Part shown: one piece after another, positions 9,837 to 18,431 of the stretch
Layout of the letters: each line of letters opens with the position of its first letter
Position numbering within the stretch: the stretch's first letter is position 1
DNA from: Escherichia coli
Lineage (GTDB): Bacteria; Pseudomonadota; Gammaproteobacteria; Enterobacterales; Enterobacteriaceae
Length of the DNA stretch: 64,000 bases
Assembly: GCF_050320075.1 (NCBI RefSeq)
Contig: NZ_CP190021.1
Strand: one strand, 5' to 3'
Made by a program: the position numbers and the translations under genes
Notes under the pieces: generated by a model
Told to the model about the DNA's origin: nothing
The model's input: the letters and a program-made list of their open reading frames with translations, nothing else
The model's database searches: none

Positions 9837-10420
9837 TGCCCCGCCCCAAGCTCAAGTCCGATGACGAGGTACTCGAGGCCGCCACCGTAGTGCTGAAGCG
9901 TTGCGGTCCCATAGAGTTCACGCTCAGCGGAGTAGCAAAGGAGGTGGGGCTCTCCCGCGCAGCGTTAATCCAGCGCTTCACCAACCGCGATACGCTGCTG
10001 GTGAGGATGATGGAGCGCGGCGTCGAGCAGGTGCGGCATTACCTGAATGCGATACCGATAGGCGCAGGGCCGCAAGGGCTCTGGGAATTTTTGCAGGTGC
10101 TCGTTCGGAGCATGAACACTCGCAACGACTTCTCGGTGAACTATCTCATCTCCTGGTACGAGCTCCAGGTGCCGGAGCTACGCACGCTTGCGATCCAGCG
10201 GAACCGCGCGGTGGTGGAGGGGATCCGCAAGCGACTGCCCCCAGGTGCTCCTGCGGCAGCTGAGTTGCTCCTGCACTCGGTCATCGCTGGCGCGACGATG
10301 CAGTGGGCCGTCGATCCGGATGGTGAGCTAGCTGATCATGTGCTGGCTCAGATCGCTGCCATCCTGTGTTTAATGTTTCCCGAACACGACGATTTCCAAC
10401 TCCTCCAGGCACATGCGTAA
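9836..10420 (+). CDS. mphR(A): TetR-family repressor MphR(A)
   Basis: 194-aa ORF immediately after mrx. Confidence 0.9.
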   Translation: MPRPKLKSDDEVLEAATVVLKRCGPIEFTLSGVAKEVGLSRAALIQRFTNRDTLLVRMMERGVEQVRHYLNAIPIGAGPQGLWEFLQVLVRSMNTRNDFSVNYLISWYELQVPELRTLAIQRNRAVVEGIRKRLPPGAPAAAELLLHSVIAGATMQWAVDPDGELADHVLAQIAAILCLMFPEHDDFQLLQAHA

Positions 10421-10858
10421 ACGGAGGTGTGCAGAGTCCCTGCGGCAGGCGACGAACACGACCGTCGTCGATTAGTACCGGTACGGTCGGTGGTATCGAA
10501 GTCTTGATCACCACTCAGGTCTACGGCTTACAAATGGTGACCATCCCGATACTTGCGTCAGAGCACCGGGCCGATTCTTTGACAGTGAATCACTCCCGTA
10601 AGGTTGTGCCGGTGTGGGTGTCCCGGGTCGAGACGATACTCCGCCAATGCGCCCAGCAAACAACCTGGCCATCGCAGGTGGTGGGGAGCGGTGTGGCGGA
10701 TGAGTTGGACAAGTTGGTGTAGCAGCACGAGCACGGCGAGATAACATCGCAGGAGTTCGACATGCTCAAGAGACAGCTGATTGCGAATCGCGATGCAGAT
10801 TCATAACCCGATTGCGGGTTGGCTTCACTCCACCATCACCGAGCAGACTAGCACGGCG

Positions 10859-11297
10859 GGCTCTGTTGCAAAGATTGGCGGCAGTCAGAGGTAGGCTGTC
10901 GCTCTGCGCCGATCAGGCGGCTGCTGCGAAATGGTGGTTGAGCATGCCCATGGCCTCCGTCAGCGCCGAGGGCCCAATGCCAAAAGCTCTCTCCACAAGG
11001 CGCACCTCGCCCCTGATGCCGGGCTGCAGGCACCAGGGGCGAGCCTGTCCTTTGCGCAGGGCTCGCATGACTTCGAATCCCTTGATCGTGGCATAGGCCG
11101 TGGGGATCGATTTGAAACCGCGCACCGGCTTGATCAGTATCTTGAGCTTTCCGTGATCGGCCTCGATCACGTTATTGAGATACTTCACCTGCCGGTGGGC
11201 CGTCTCCCGGTCCAGCTTTCCTTCGCGCTTCAATTCGGTGATCGCTGCACCATAGCTCGGCGCTTTGTCGGTATTGAGCGTGGCAGGCTTTTCCCAG
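10859..11297 (-). mobile_element. IS6100 remnant (IR plus 3' part of tnpA), truncated by IS26 copy 3
   Basis: GGCTCTGTTGCAAAGATTGGCGGCAGTCAGAGG end at 10859; IS6-family tnpA C-terminal translation on the minus strand runs into the IS26 terminal repeat. Confidence 0.8.
10913..11297 (-). pseudogene. tnpA: IS6100 transposase 3' fragment
   Basis: Translation WEKPATLNTDKAPSYGAAITELKREGK... is IS6-family but distinct from IS26; the N-terminal 16 residues of the ORF are read from the IS26 end. Confidence 0.8.
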
Positions 11298-12117
11298 GGC
11301 ACTGTTGCAAAGTTAGCGATGAGGCAGCCTTTTGTCTTATTCAAAGGCCTTACATTTCAAAAACTCTGCTTACCAGGCGCATTTCGCCCAGGGGATCACC
11401 ATAATAAAATGCTGAGGCCTGGCCTTTGCGTAGTGCACGCATCACCTCAATACCTTTGATGGTGGCGTAAGCCGTCTTCATGGATTTAAATCCCAGCGTG
11501 GCGCCGATTATCCGTTTCAGTTTGCCATGATCGCATTCAATCACGTTGTTCCGGTACTTAATCTGTCGGTGTTCAACGTCAGACGGGCACCGGCCTTCGC
11601 GTTTGAGCAGAGCAAGCGCGCGACCATAGGCGGGCGCTTTATCCGTGTTGATGAATCGCGGGATCTGCCACTTCTTCACGTTGTTGAGGATTTTACCCAG
11701 AAACCGGTATGCAGCTTTGCTGTTACGACGGGAGGAGAGATAAAAATCGACAGTGCGGCCCCGGCTGTCGACGGCCCGGTACAGATACGCCCAGCGGCCA
11801 TTGACCTTCACGTAGGTTTCATCCATGTGCCACGGGCAAAGATCGGAAGGGTTACGCCAGTACCAGCGCAGCCGTTTTTCCATTTCAGGCGCATAACGCT
11901 GAACCCAGCGGTAAATCGTGGAGTGATCGACATTCACTCCGCGTTCAGCCAGCATCTCCTGCAGCTCACGGTAACTGATGCCGTATTTGCAGTACCAGCG
12001 TACGGCCCACAGAATGATGTCACGCTGAAAATGCCGGCCTTTGAATGGGTTCATGTGCAGCTCCATCAGCAAAAGGGGATGATAAGTTTATCACCACCGA
12101 CTATTTGCAACAGTGCC
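11298..12117 (-). mobile_element. IS26 copy 3 (inverted relative to copies 1 and 2)
   Basis: Terminal repeats at 11298 and 12117; tnpA on minus strand. Confidence 0.95.
11350..12072 (-). CDS. tnpA: IS26 transposase
   Basis: 240-aa ORF identical to copy 2. Confidence 0.95.
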   Translation of the reverse strand: MLMELHMNPFKGRHFQRDIILWAVRWYCKYGISYRELQEMLAERGVNVDHSTIYRWVQRYAPEMEKRLRWYWRNPSDLCPWHMDETYVKVNGRWAYLYRAVDSRGRTVDFYLSSRRNSKAAYRFLGKILNNVKKWQIPRFINTDKAPAYGRALALLKREGRCPSDVEHRQIKYRNNVIECDHGKLKRIIGATLGFKSMKTAYATIKGIEVMRALRKGQASAFYYGDPLGEMRLVSRVFEM

Positions 12118-12550
12118 CCACAAAATCCCCACGGCAGGCCTGATACGTTATGCCGTTCAGCTCCACCTCCAGATCAGTGGCAGAAGTGCCATCTGCGGGC
12201 AGACCTGCTGCCGGGACCAGCGGCAGTACGACGACTTCTGCCGCACGCTGTTCTGCCCGGAGGCGGTCCTGTTCTGTCAGCAGCAGAGGCTGTGCCACGG
12301 CCCGGCCGGCGTCCGTCAGCTCCACTGCCAGCTGCAGGTTCGGAGCGCGCAGGGTACGCAGCCAGCCGGCATCCTCCAGACGACGGCAGGAGGCGCGCAG
12401 GTTTGGCCCGTAGACCGGGGCTTCCCCGCTTCGCTCCAGCACCCGTTCTATGTCCCGCGTCAGCACGGGTCCTGGCCGTTTTTCATCAAGGGCAGCCAGC
12501 ACAATCAGCACTCTCCGCTGCAGTGGCGACGGTCGGCGGCTCTGAGTCAT
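12118..12550 (-). pseudogene. GC-rich gene of unknown function, 3' end truncated by IS26 copy 3
   Basis: ORF MTQSRRPSPLQRRVLIVLAALDEKRPGPVLTRDIERVLE... ends in GHCCK read from the IS26 terminal repeat; start overlaps the upstream gene stop. Confidence 0.6.
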
Positions 12551-12816
12551 TTCCAGTCATCCTCCGGCCAGATGAGCTTTCTGAGGCGCTGAAAGTCGGC
12601 GTCAATGAGCTCCTGTCTCTTTATGGCATTCATTGAGGCATAGCCATTTATGGCCAGTTCATGCCAGAAGATCAGCACGGCTCCGGCTTTGGCTGACTCG
12701 CAGAGATAAATCGCGCCCTGGCTGTCCAGATTGCATTCCCGGATGCGTCGTTCCGTAAACCGGGTTAGTTGTTCATAGCTGAGTGAAAACACCCTTTCTT
12801 CATCCATCCTGCACAC
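12547..12816 (-). CDS. Hypothetical protein, first gene of a two-gene operon
   Basis: 89-aa ORF translationally coupled to the truncated downstream gene. Confidence 0.5.
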   Translation of the reverse strand: MCRMDEERVFSLSYEQLTRFTERRIRECNLDSQGAIYLCESAKAGAVLIFWHELAINGYASMNAIKRQELIDADFQRLRKLIWPEDDWK

Positions 12817-12837
12817 TCCATCTGATAATGTTCTTAA

Positions 12838-12937
12838 AGGTAAAAATCACATCCTGCATGATTTGTGTGTTATTGATTTATGATAATATCAGGTATGGTT
12901 TTATATTTAATGGTGAAAATCACATCAGATATGATTT
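12838..12937. promoter_or_regulatory. Two ~26-bp direct repeats (GGTRAAAATCACATC-N4-ATGATTT) in an AT-rich intergenic region; candidate operator/res sub-sites
   Basis: Repeats at 12838-12863 and 12911-12937 read from sequence. Confidence 0.5.
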
Positions 12938-13375
12938 TATGTGTGCTGCTTAATTATCATATCTCCTGCCCGTTCTCTGCCGCACAGATCCGGTTTCCGG
13001 CTGTTACGGATCTTCCTCTCCCTCCGCACAGCGCCATCTCCCGTCAGCACAACATGTAGTGCTGAATTCAGCTGCTGATGACACTATATGTTGTGTCATC
13101 TCCCTGACCTGTGATGCGCCGCGCAGGGGCGGAAAACAGCGATATGATGATTTTCTCAGCGTGGTACACTTCCGGAAAGTTGTGATATTCCGGAAAGTCG
13201 GATCTGACGGAAACGGCTCTCCGGTAATTTAACGGCGTGGTTATATGGATGCTTGTTATCATGGTGATGATGATAACGGCATGATGTTATCAGACGGCGT
13301 GACGGTAAGGGCAGTGATGATGGATGACGTTATCGCATGACCGTCCCTGCCCGGAAAAGAAAAAAGGAGTCACCC

Positions 13376-13789
13376 ATGTTTTTTATTGAGAATGAAGGTC
13401 AGGCTGTCGCCGGAACGGATTACTGGCAGTCTGTACAGGCGCAGGCCGGATATGTCTACCTCAGCTGGAATGCCGGCGCAGCCAGGCTGCTTGTCCCGGA
13501 TGCGGCAAAACATTTACTCAGGGAGATGCGGGGGGCTGAGTACGTCATCATCAGTAAGGGAGCACTGCATGGCCGCGATGCGCTGGAACTGGTATTTGAA
13601 GACGGCAGCGATGCGCCGTTTGTGATCCACATGCTGAGTGAGCAGTGCGATCGCCTGCTCCCCGAAAACAACCAGGGAGGGGGTTTTGTTGTCACCGTCT
13701 GGACGCGTGGAGGTAACCAGCTCCGTTATCCGGGAAAGTACCGTGTTGTGGAAAACCTGCCCGACGTTTCCCCGTGGAGTGAACACTGA
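13376..13789 (+). CDS. Hypothetical protein translationally coupled to the downstream recombinase
   Basis: ATG at 13376 with AGGAG RBS (ORF track starts earlier at 13337); stop TGA overlaps TGATATG start of the recombinase. Confidence 0.6.
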   Translation: MFFIENEGQAVAGTDYWQSVQAQAGYVYLSWNAGAARLLVPDAAKHLLREMRGAEYVIISKGALHGRDALELVFEDGSDAPFVIHMLSEQCDRLLPENNQGGGFVVTVWTRGGNQLRYPGKYRVVENLPDVSPWSEH

Positions 13790-13790
13790 T

Positions 13791-14576
13791 ATGCAGCACC
13801 TGCCGGCACCGATCCACCATGCCCGGGATGCTGCTCAGCTTCCTGTTGCCATCGATTATCCGGCAGCGCTGGCACTCCGCCAGATGTCGATGGTTCATGA
13901 TGAACTGCCAAAATACCTGCTGGCCCCTGAAGTGAGCGCCCTGCTCCATTACGTGCCGGATCTGCGCCGCAAAATGCTGCTGGCCACACTGTGGAACACC
14001 GGTGCGCGCATTAATGAAGCACTGGCGCTGACGCGGGGGGATTTTTCGCTTGCGCCTCCGTATCCGTTTGTGCAGTTGGCCACTCTGAAGCAGCGGACCG
14101 AAAAAGCCGCCAGGACGGCAGGAAGAATGCCCGCCGGTCAGCAGACTCACCGGCTGGTTCCGCTCTCTGACGCCTGGTACGTCAGCCAGCTGCAGACGAT
14201 GGTGGCCACACTGAAAATCCCCATGGAACGGCGTAATAAACGAACAGGCAGGACAGAGAAAGCGCGGATCTGGGAAGTGACGGACAGAACGGTCAGGACC
14301 TGGATTGGGGAGGCGGTTGCCGCCGCTGCCGCTGATGGAGTGACGTTCTCTGTCCCGGTCACGCCACATACGTTCCGCCATTCCTATGCGATGCACATGC
14401 TGTATGCCGGTATACCGCTGAAGGTCCTGCAGAGTCTGATGGGGCATAAGTCCATCAGCTCAACGGAGGTCTACACGAAGGTCTTTGCGCTGGATGTCGC
14501 GGCGCGTCATCGTGTGCAGTTCGCCATGCCGGAAGCCGATGCGGTAGCGCTGATAAAACAACTTGAGAGGCGTTAA
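13791..14576 (+). CDS. Tyrosine site-specific recombinase (XerD/ResD-like, probable multimer resolvase)
   Basis: C-terminal HTFRHSYAMHMLYAG...LMGHKSISSTEVYTKV motifs (catalytic R-H-R-Y region); probable start MQHLPAP at 13791 within track ORF 13638-14576. Confidence 0.8.
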   Translation: MQHLPAPIHHARDAAQLPVAIDYPAALALRQMSMVHDELPKYLLAPEVSALLHYVPDLRRKMLLATLWNTGARINEALALTRGDFSLAPPYPFVQLATLKQRTEKAARTAGRMPAGQQTHRLVPLSDAWYVSQLQTMVATLKIPMERRNKRTGRTEKARIWEVTDRTVRTWIGEAVAAAAADGVTFSVPVTPHTFRHSYAMHMLYAGIPLKVLQSLMGHKSISSTEVYTKVFALDVAARHRVQFAMPEADAVALIKQLERR

Positions 14577-14823
14577 AAAGCCGTATTCGCGGTTCAGTCA
14601 AGGGGGAGCTGGTGCATTCATCTATGGAAGATAGAGCACCAAACTCATAGAGGCCACGTTCTCAGGCCAGAACAGTCTTATATCTCTGGCGCTGACAACC
14701 CATAGTACTTGCCTGGATGGGAAACTCTTCTTGTGCCGAGCGTAAGAGCCATCTGCCGGAACGCTTCCTCGCCAGTTCGCTCGCTACGCACAGTTACATG
14801 GCTGCGGCGAGGGCTGCCTGATT

Positions 14824-15150
14824 CTAATAATGATATTTCAGCATGATAGCAGCAATAAAATAGATTGCAGCTATCATGCTGTACACATACGGCCTAGCGC
14901 TCTGTTTATGTTATGCTATCTGCAATCTTGCGGCAATCTTGCTTCATCTGTCGATGCGATTCTGAATGAGGTTTCTTTTATTGTTAACGTGACACAAGTA
15001 TTCGGCTGTCAATTCCAGCACTCTGCTAAGTAGCAAGATTATTTATTGTTGCAATCTTGCTGCAAGCTGTTATCTTGTTCTGGAAGAGTTACTCTACCTA
15101 ATCTCAATCTGGTTTATATTGATGTTTGCTGCAAGATAGCAGCAAGTAAA
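14824..15150. repeat. Partition-site/operator iterons upstream of parA (TGCAATCTTGC and GCATGATAGCAGCAA units)
   Basis: At least six copies of the GCAAGATTGCA-type motif in both orientations, read from sequence. Confidence 0.7.
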
Positions 15151-15159
15151 GGGGGCTAA

Positions 15160-15792
15160 ATGGCCTGGATAGTTGGTTTTATTTCTCAGAAAGGTGGTGT
15201 GGGCAAAAGCACTAAAGCGAGAGCGTTAGCGCGTGAAGCATCCGCCTGTGGTATCAAAACAAAATTAGCTGATCTCGACTTGGAACAGGCAACGAGTGCT
15301 GAGTGGCATCGTAGACGTCTGTCAGCTGGTTTGTCACCGGTTGCTTCCGTTGAAGTGTTTTCAACAGCAAAGCAGGCGATAGAATCTGCCGGCGATTTTG
15401 ACCTTCTGATTCTTGATGGCCCTGCTCGTGCAAGTAAAGGTACTTCAGAAATTGCTAAGGTCGCCGACCTTATCGTCCAGCCAACGGGAGCCTCCCTTGA
15501 CGATCTTGTCCCGGCAATTAAAGTTTTCAACGCGTTGGTAAAAGAAGGTATACCACGTTCAAAACTGGTCTTCGCTTTAAGCCGGGTAGGTACCGAAGCG
15601 GAAGAGCTGGATGCTCGTGCATATATCAGTGAAGCAGGTTATGAAACTTTATCTGGATGCCTTTTTGAGAAGCCAGCATACAGAAAAGCGATGAATTCAG
15701 GACTCGCTGTGACAGAAACACGTTATAAAGGTTTAAACGAGAGAGCTGATGAACTTATCCAGGCACTCATCGATAAGATTGGAGAAGAGTAA
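15160..15792 (+). CDS. parA: ParA-family Walker ATPase (small type Ib partition ATPase)
   Basis: 210-aa ORF with deviant Walker A KGGVGKST. Confidence 0.9.
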   Translation: MAWIVGFISQKGGVGKSTKARALAREASACGIKTKLADLDLEQATSAEWHRRRLSAGLSPVASVEVFSTAKQAIESAGDFDLLILDGPARASKGTSEIAKVADLIVQPTGASLDDLVPAIKVFNALVKEGIPRSKLVFALSRVGTEAEELDARAYISEAGYETLSGCLFEKPAYRKAMNSGLAVTETRYKGLNERADELIQALIDKIGEE

Positions 15793-16166
15793 TGGCTGAT
15801 GCGTCAAAACTTAGAACTAAAAGAACCCGTAGTGGGTTGGGGGTACCCCCGGGCCCCGACGAAGTGGCTACCAGCTTGAATGCGCCTGAGATAGCTCCGG
15901 CTGTCGCTGCCACTGATGTTCAGAGACAACAGGCAGACTCATCGCCAGTGCACCATGAGCCTGTGGTTACGCAAACAGTGACCGAGGTATATACCCGCCG
16001 CGATGGCCGTTCTGCCAGAAAAACAAACAGGACGCTGGCATTTGCAACACGTGTCACACCTGCTTTCGACCAAGAGATCCGGGATATCGCAGAGCGTGAG
16101 GGGTTGAAACTGGTGGAAGTTCTGGAAAAAGCAGTTGAGGCATATAAGGAAAAACAGGGCTATTAA
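15792..16166 (+). CDS. parB: Partition adaptor (ParG/ParB-like, probable RHH C-terminus)
   Basis: 124-aa ORF coupled to parA (stop/start overlap); flanked by iterons. Confidence 0.6.
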   Translation: MADASKLRTKRTRSGLGVPPGPDEVATSLNAPEIAPAVAATDVQRQQADSSPVHHEPVVTQTVTEVYTRRDGRSARKTNRTLAFATRVTPAFDQEIRDIAEREGLKLVEVLEKAVEAYKEKQGY

Positions 16167-16167
16167 T

Positions 16168-16270
16168 CCGGGATGCAGCAATCTTGCTGCATTCTTTTTT
16201 TGTGTGCAATCTTGCAGCAAGATTTATGCTAGATAAATGCTAGATTGCTGCAAGATAAATGATATAATGC
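16168..16270. repeat. Second cluster of TGCAATCTTGC-type iterons downstream of the par operon
   Basis: Read from sequence (GCAATCTTGCTGCA, TGCAATCTTGCAGCAAGATT, AGATTGCTGCAAGAT). Confidence 0.7.
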
Positions 16271-16274
16271 TCAA

Positions 16275-16400
16275 ATTGAGTAGTTAACTGCCCAAGTGAA
16301 GTACGCAGCTTGAGTACTTACCTGTGGTTTATGAGCGTATTTACTTAATGTGAGTAGTTATTGTGTAAAGATGAATACTCAAGTTGAGTATAAATGGAGA
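16275..16400. repeat. parC-like iterons (TGAGTAnTTA units) upstream of the actin-like partition ATPase
   Basis: About six copies of (T/G)TGAGTA(G/C)TTA read from sequence. Confidence 0.6.
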
Positions 16401-16404
16401 TGGT

Positions 16405-17379
16405 ATGAGAATTTTTTGCGATGATGGTTCTACAAATGTGAAACTTGCCTGGTTTGAAGGCAAGACGCTGAAAAGTGCGGTATCAGTGAACTCTTTTCGC
16501 CATAACTGGAAAGTCGAGGGCTTAGGCAGCAGTCGTACTTATAACTATCTGCTTGATGGCCGTAAATATACCTACGACCCGGTCAGCGAAGATGCGATCA
16601 GCACGACTCATATTGAGTATCAGTACTCTGATACAAATGTGTTGGCAGTTCACCACGCATTACTGAACAGTGGCATTGAACCCCAGGAGATCGATCTCAC
16701 CGTTACGTTACCTATCAGCGAGTTTTACACGGCCGACTGCCAGAAAAATACGCTTAACATTGAGAGAAAAATTCGCAACCTGATGCGAGAAGTCACCCTG
16801 AACAAAGGGGGAACTTTTACCATTAAAAGCGTTGAAGTGATGCCTGAATCACTCCCGGCTGTATTTACTCGCCTAGTTACTGACAACGTTGGTCAGTACG
16901 AAAAATCATTGGTTATCGATCTCGGTGGTACAACTCTGGATGTCGGGGTTATTGTTGGCCAGTTTGAGGATGTTTCGGCTGTACATGGTAATCCTGATAT
17001 TGGTGTATCAATGGTCACGAAAGCCACGCTCACTGCACTGAAAATGGCCAGCAGTGATACCAGTCCAATGATTGCTGACGAGTTGATCAAAAACAGGAAT
17101 AACCTGGATTTTGTGGGGCAGGTTGTAAATGAGGTCTCTAAACTAAATCTGGTGCTGGATACCATTGATACAGCGATAAATAAACTGGGCGAGCTAGTTG
17201 TTGATGATTTGCTGCAGTATCGAAACGTAAACCGCGTATATATTGTCGGTGGCGGGGCTGCACTCATTGCTGATGCTGTTCGTAAGGCATGGAACCACCT
17301 TGGCGAAAAGGTGGTTCTTATGGATGAACCTCAGACAGCGCTGGTCCAGGCTATTGCACGCTTCAAAGCGGAGGAGTAA
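16405..17379 (+). CDS. stbA: Actin-like segregation ATPase ParM/StbA
   Basis: MRIFCDDGSTNVKLAW N-terminus (ParM phosphate-1 motif), DLGGTTLD and VYIVGGGA motifs; ATG at 16405 preferred over the TTG at 16384 used by the track. Confidence 0.85.
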   Translation: MRIFCDDGSTNVKLAWFEGKTLKSAVSVNSFRHNWKVEGLGSSRTYNYLLDGRKYTYDPVSEDAISTTHIEYQYSDTNVLAVHHALLNSGIEPQEIDLTVTLPISEFYTADCQKNTLNIERKIRNLMREVTLNKGGTFTIKSVEVMPESLPAVFTRLVTDNVGQYEKSLVIDLGGTTLDVGVIVGQFEDVSAVHGNPDIGVSMVTKATLTALKMASSDTSPMIADELIKNRNNLDFVGQVVNEVSKLNLVLDTIDTAINKLGELVVDDLLQYRNVNRVYIVGGGAALIADAVRKAWNHLGEKVVLMDEPQTALVQAIARFKAEE

Positions 17380-17382
17380 TCG

Positions 17383-17775
17383 ATGTACGAAGGCGAAGAA
17401 AGGAAAAAACTTTCACTCTACCTTCACCCGGAGGACTCTGCCGATTGTCTTGCACTGGCTGAAATCGAAACTGTTCCCCGGAAAAAACGGGGGGAGTTAT
17501 ATCGGCAGGCTTTGATAACCGGCCTGATAATGCATCAGCTTGATGAGCGAATTCCCGCCGTGTTAACCGCGCTATTCACCAGAGAATTGAATGCGGATGA
17601 GGTCATTAGTCAGATTGCCAGGATAACAGGCTGGAAACCCTCCTCCGGTGATTTAAAAGAGGTACTGAAGGCGTTGGGAGGGCTTCAGAGTACAGTTTCA
17701 CCAGAACACTCTCAGGATGACGGTGAACAGGCCCGTCTGAAAGCGGCTAGGGTGAAGATGCAAAACCTGATCTAA
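17383..17775 (+). CDS. stbB: ParR/StbB-like partition adaptor
   Basis: 130-aa ORF 4 bp after stbA. Confidence 0.6.
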   Translation: MYEGEERKKLSLYLHPEDSADCLALAEIETVPRKKRGELYRQALITGLIMHQLDERIPAVLTALFTRELNADEVISQIARITGWKPSSGDLKEVLKALGGLQSTVSPEHSQDDGEQARLKAARVKMQNLI

Positions 17776-17858
17776 AAAAGTCTCGCTCCGTGAAACCTGC
17801 AAAATTTCTCGGGGTGTGCGGCTTAATTTTTAGATTTCCGCGTTTCCCGTCATTTGAG

Positions 17859-18038
17859 TCAATGGAGTGCTGGTTGACAGCTCCTCACTCTGAAGGACGG
17901 GGATTCCCACATATGCAGCCAGATTTCCGGGTAGTGTGGTTTCAGACGTTGTTCGATTTCATTCTGTAGCGCCTGAAGTGTGCCTGATTTGAGTTTTTTT
18001 GTGCTCTGGCGGTCGAAAAGAATTTCAATGCGGATCAT
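17859..18038 (-). pseudogene. impC: impC-like (DinI-family) remnant, 59 codons, diverging after ~40 residues
   Basis: Minus-strand translation MIRIEILFDRQSTKKLKSGTLQALQNEIEQRLKPHYPEIW..., recognised from memory as the ImpC N-terminus; no umuD/umuC-like impA/impB follow; below the track's length cutoff. Confidence 0.55.
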
Positions 18039-18061
18039 GTTCTCATCTTCCTTTTCTTTTG

Positions 18062-18077
18062 CTGTATATATATACAG
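18062..18077. promoter_or_regulatory. Consensus LexA (SOS) box CTGTATATATATACAG
   Basis: Exact CTGT-N8-ACAG palindrome 24 bp upstream of the impC-like start. Confidence 0.85.
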
Positions 18078-18431
18078 TATTCTAATAACTGAATCCGCAC
18101 ACAGTCAAATGTCATTGTTCTGACTAAAAAACGCTCAATTCTCTGAGGGTATGGCTGTATGCCTGCTGTGGAGTGCTGTGTCCAGCTTATCCACAGCATT
18201 TTGTGCACGGTTCTGTGGACAAAATACCTGGTTACCCAGGCCGTGCCGGCACGTTAACCGGGCTGCATCCGATGCAAGTGTGTCGCTGTCGCCGGCCTCC
18301 TCACCCGGTCACGTTTCGTCGTTCCTCCTCCACGCGCTGCGGCTTCGGGGCCGCACCTGCATTCGTATGCGGTCGCCCGGTTACAGGTGCGGCACGGCCT
18401 GATGGAGGCCGCATGTGAGAGGAGAATTCCC

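Noticed and set aside
13386-13989. Alternative-frame ORFs overlapping the 13376-13789 gene and the recombinase
   Set aside because: Overlap better-supported frames that have RBS and translational coupling
16384-16404. TTG start at 16384 for the ParM-like gene
   Set aside because: The ATG at 16405 gives the canonical actin-like N-terminus (MRIFCDDGST); the upstream extension lies within the iteron region
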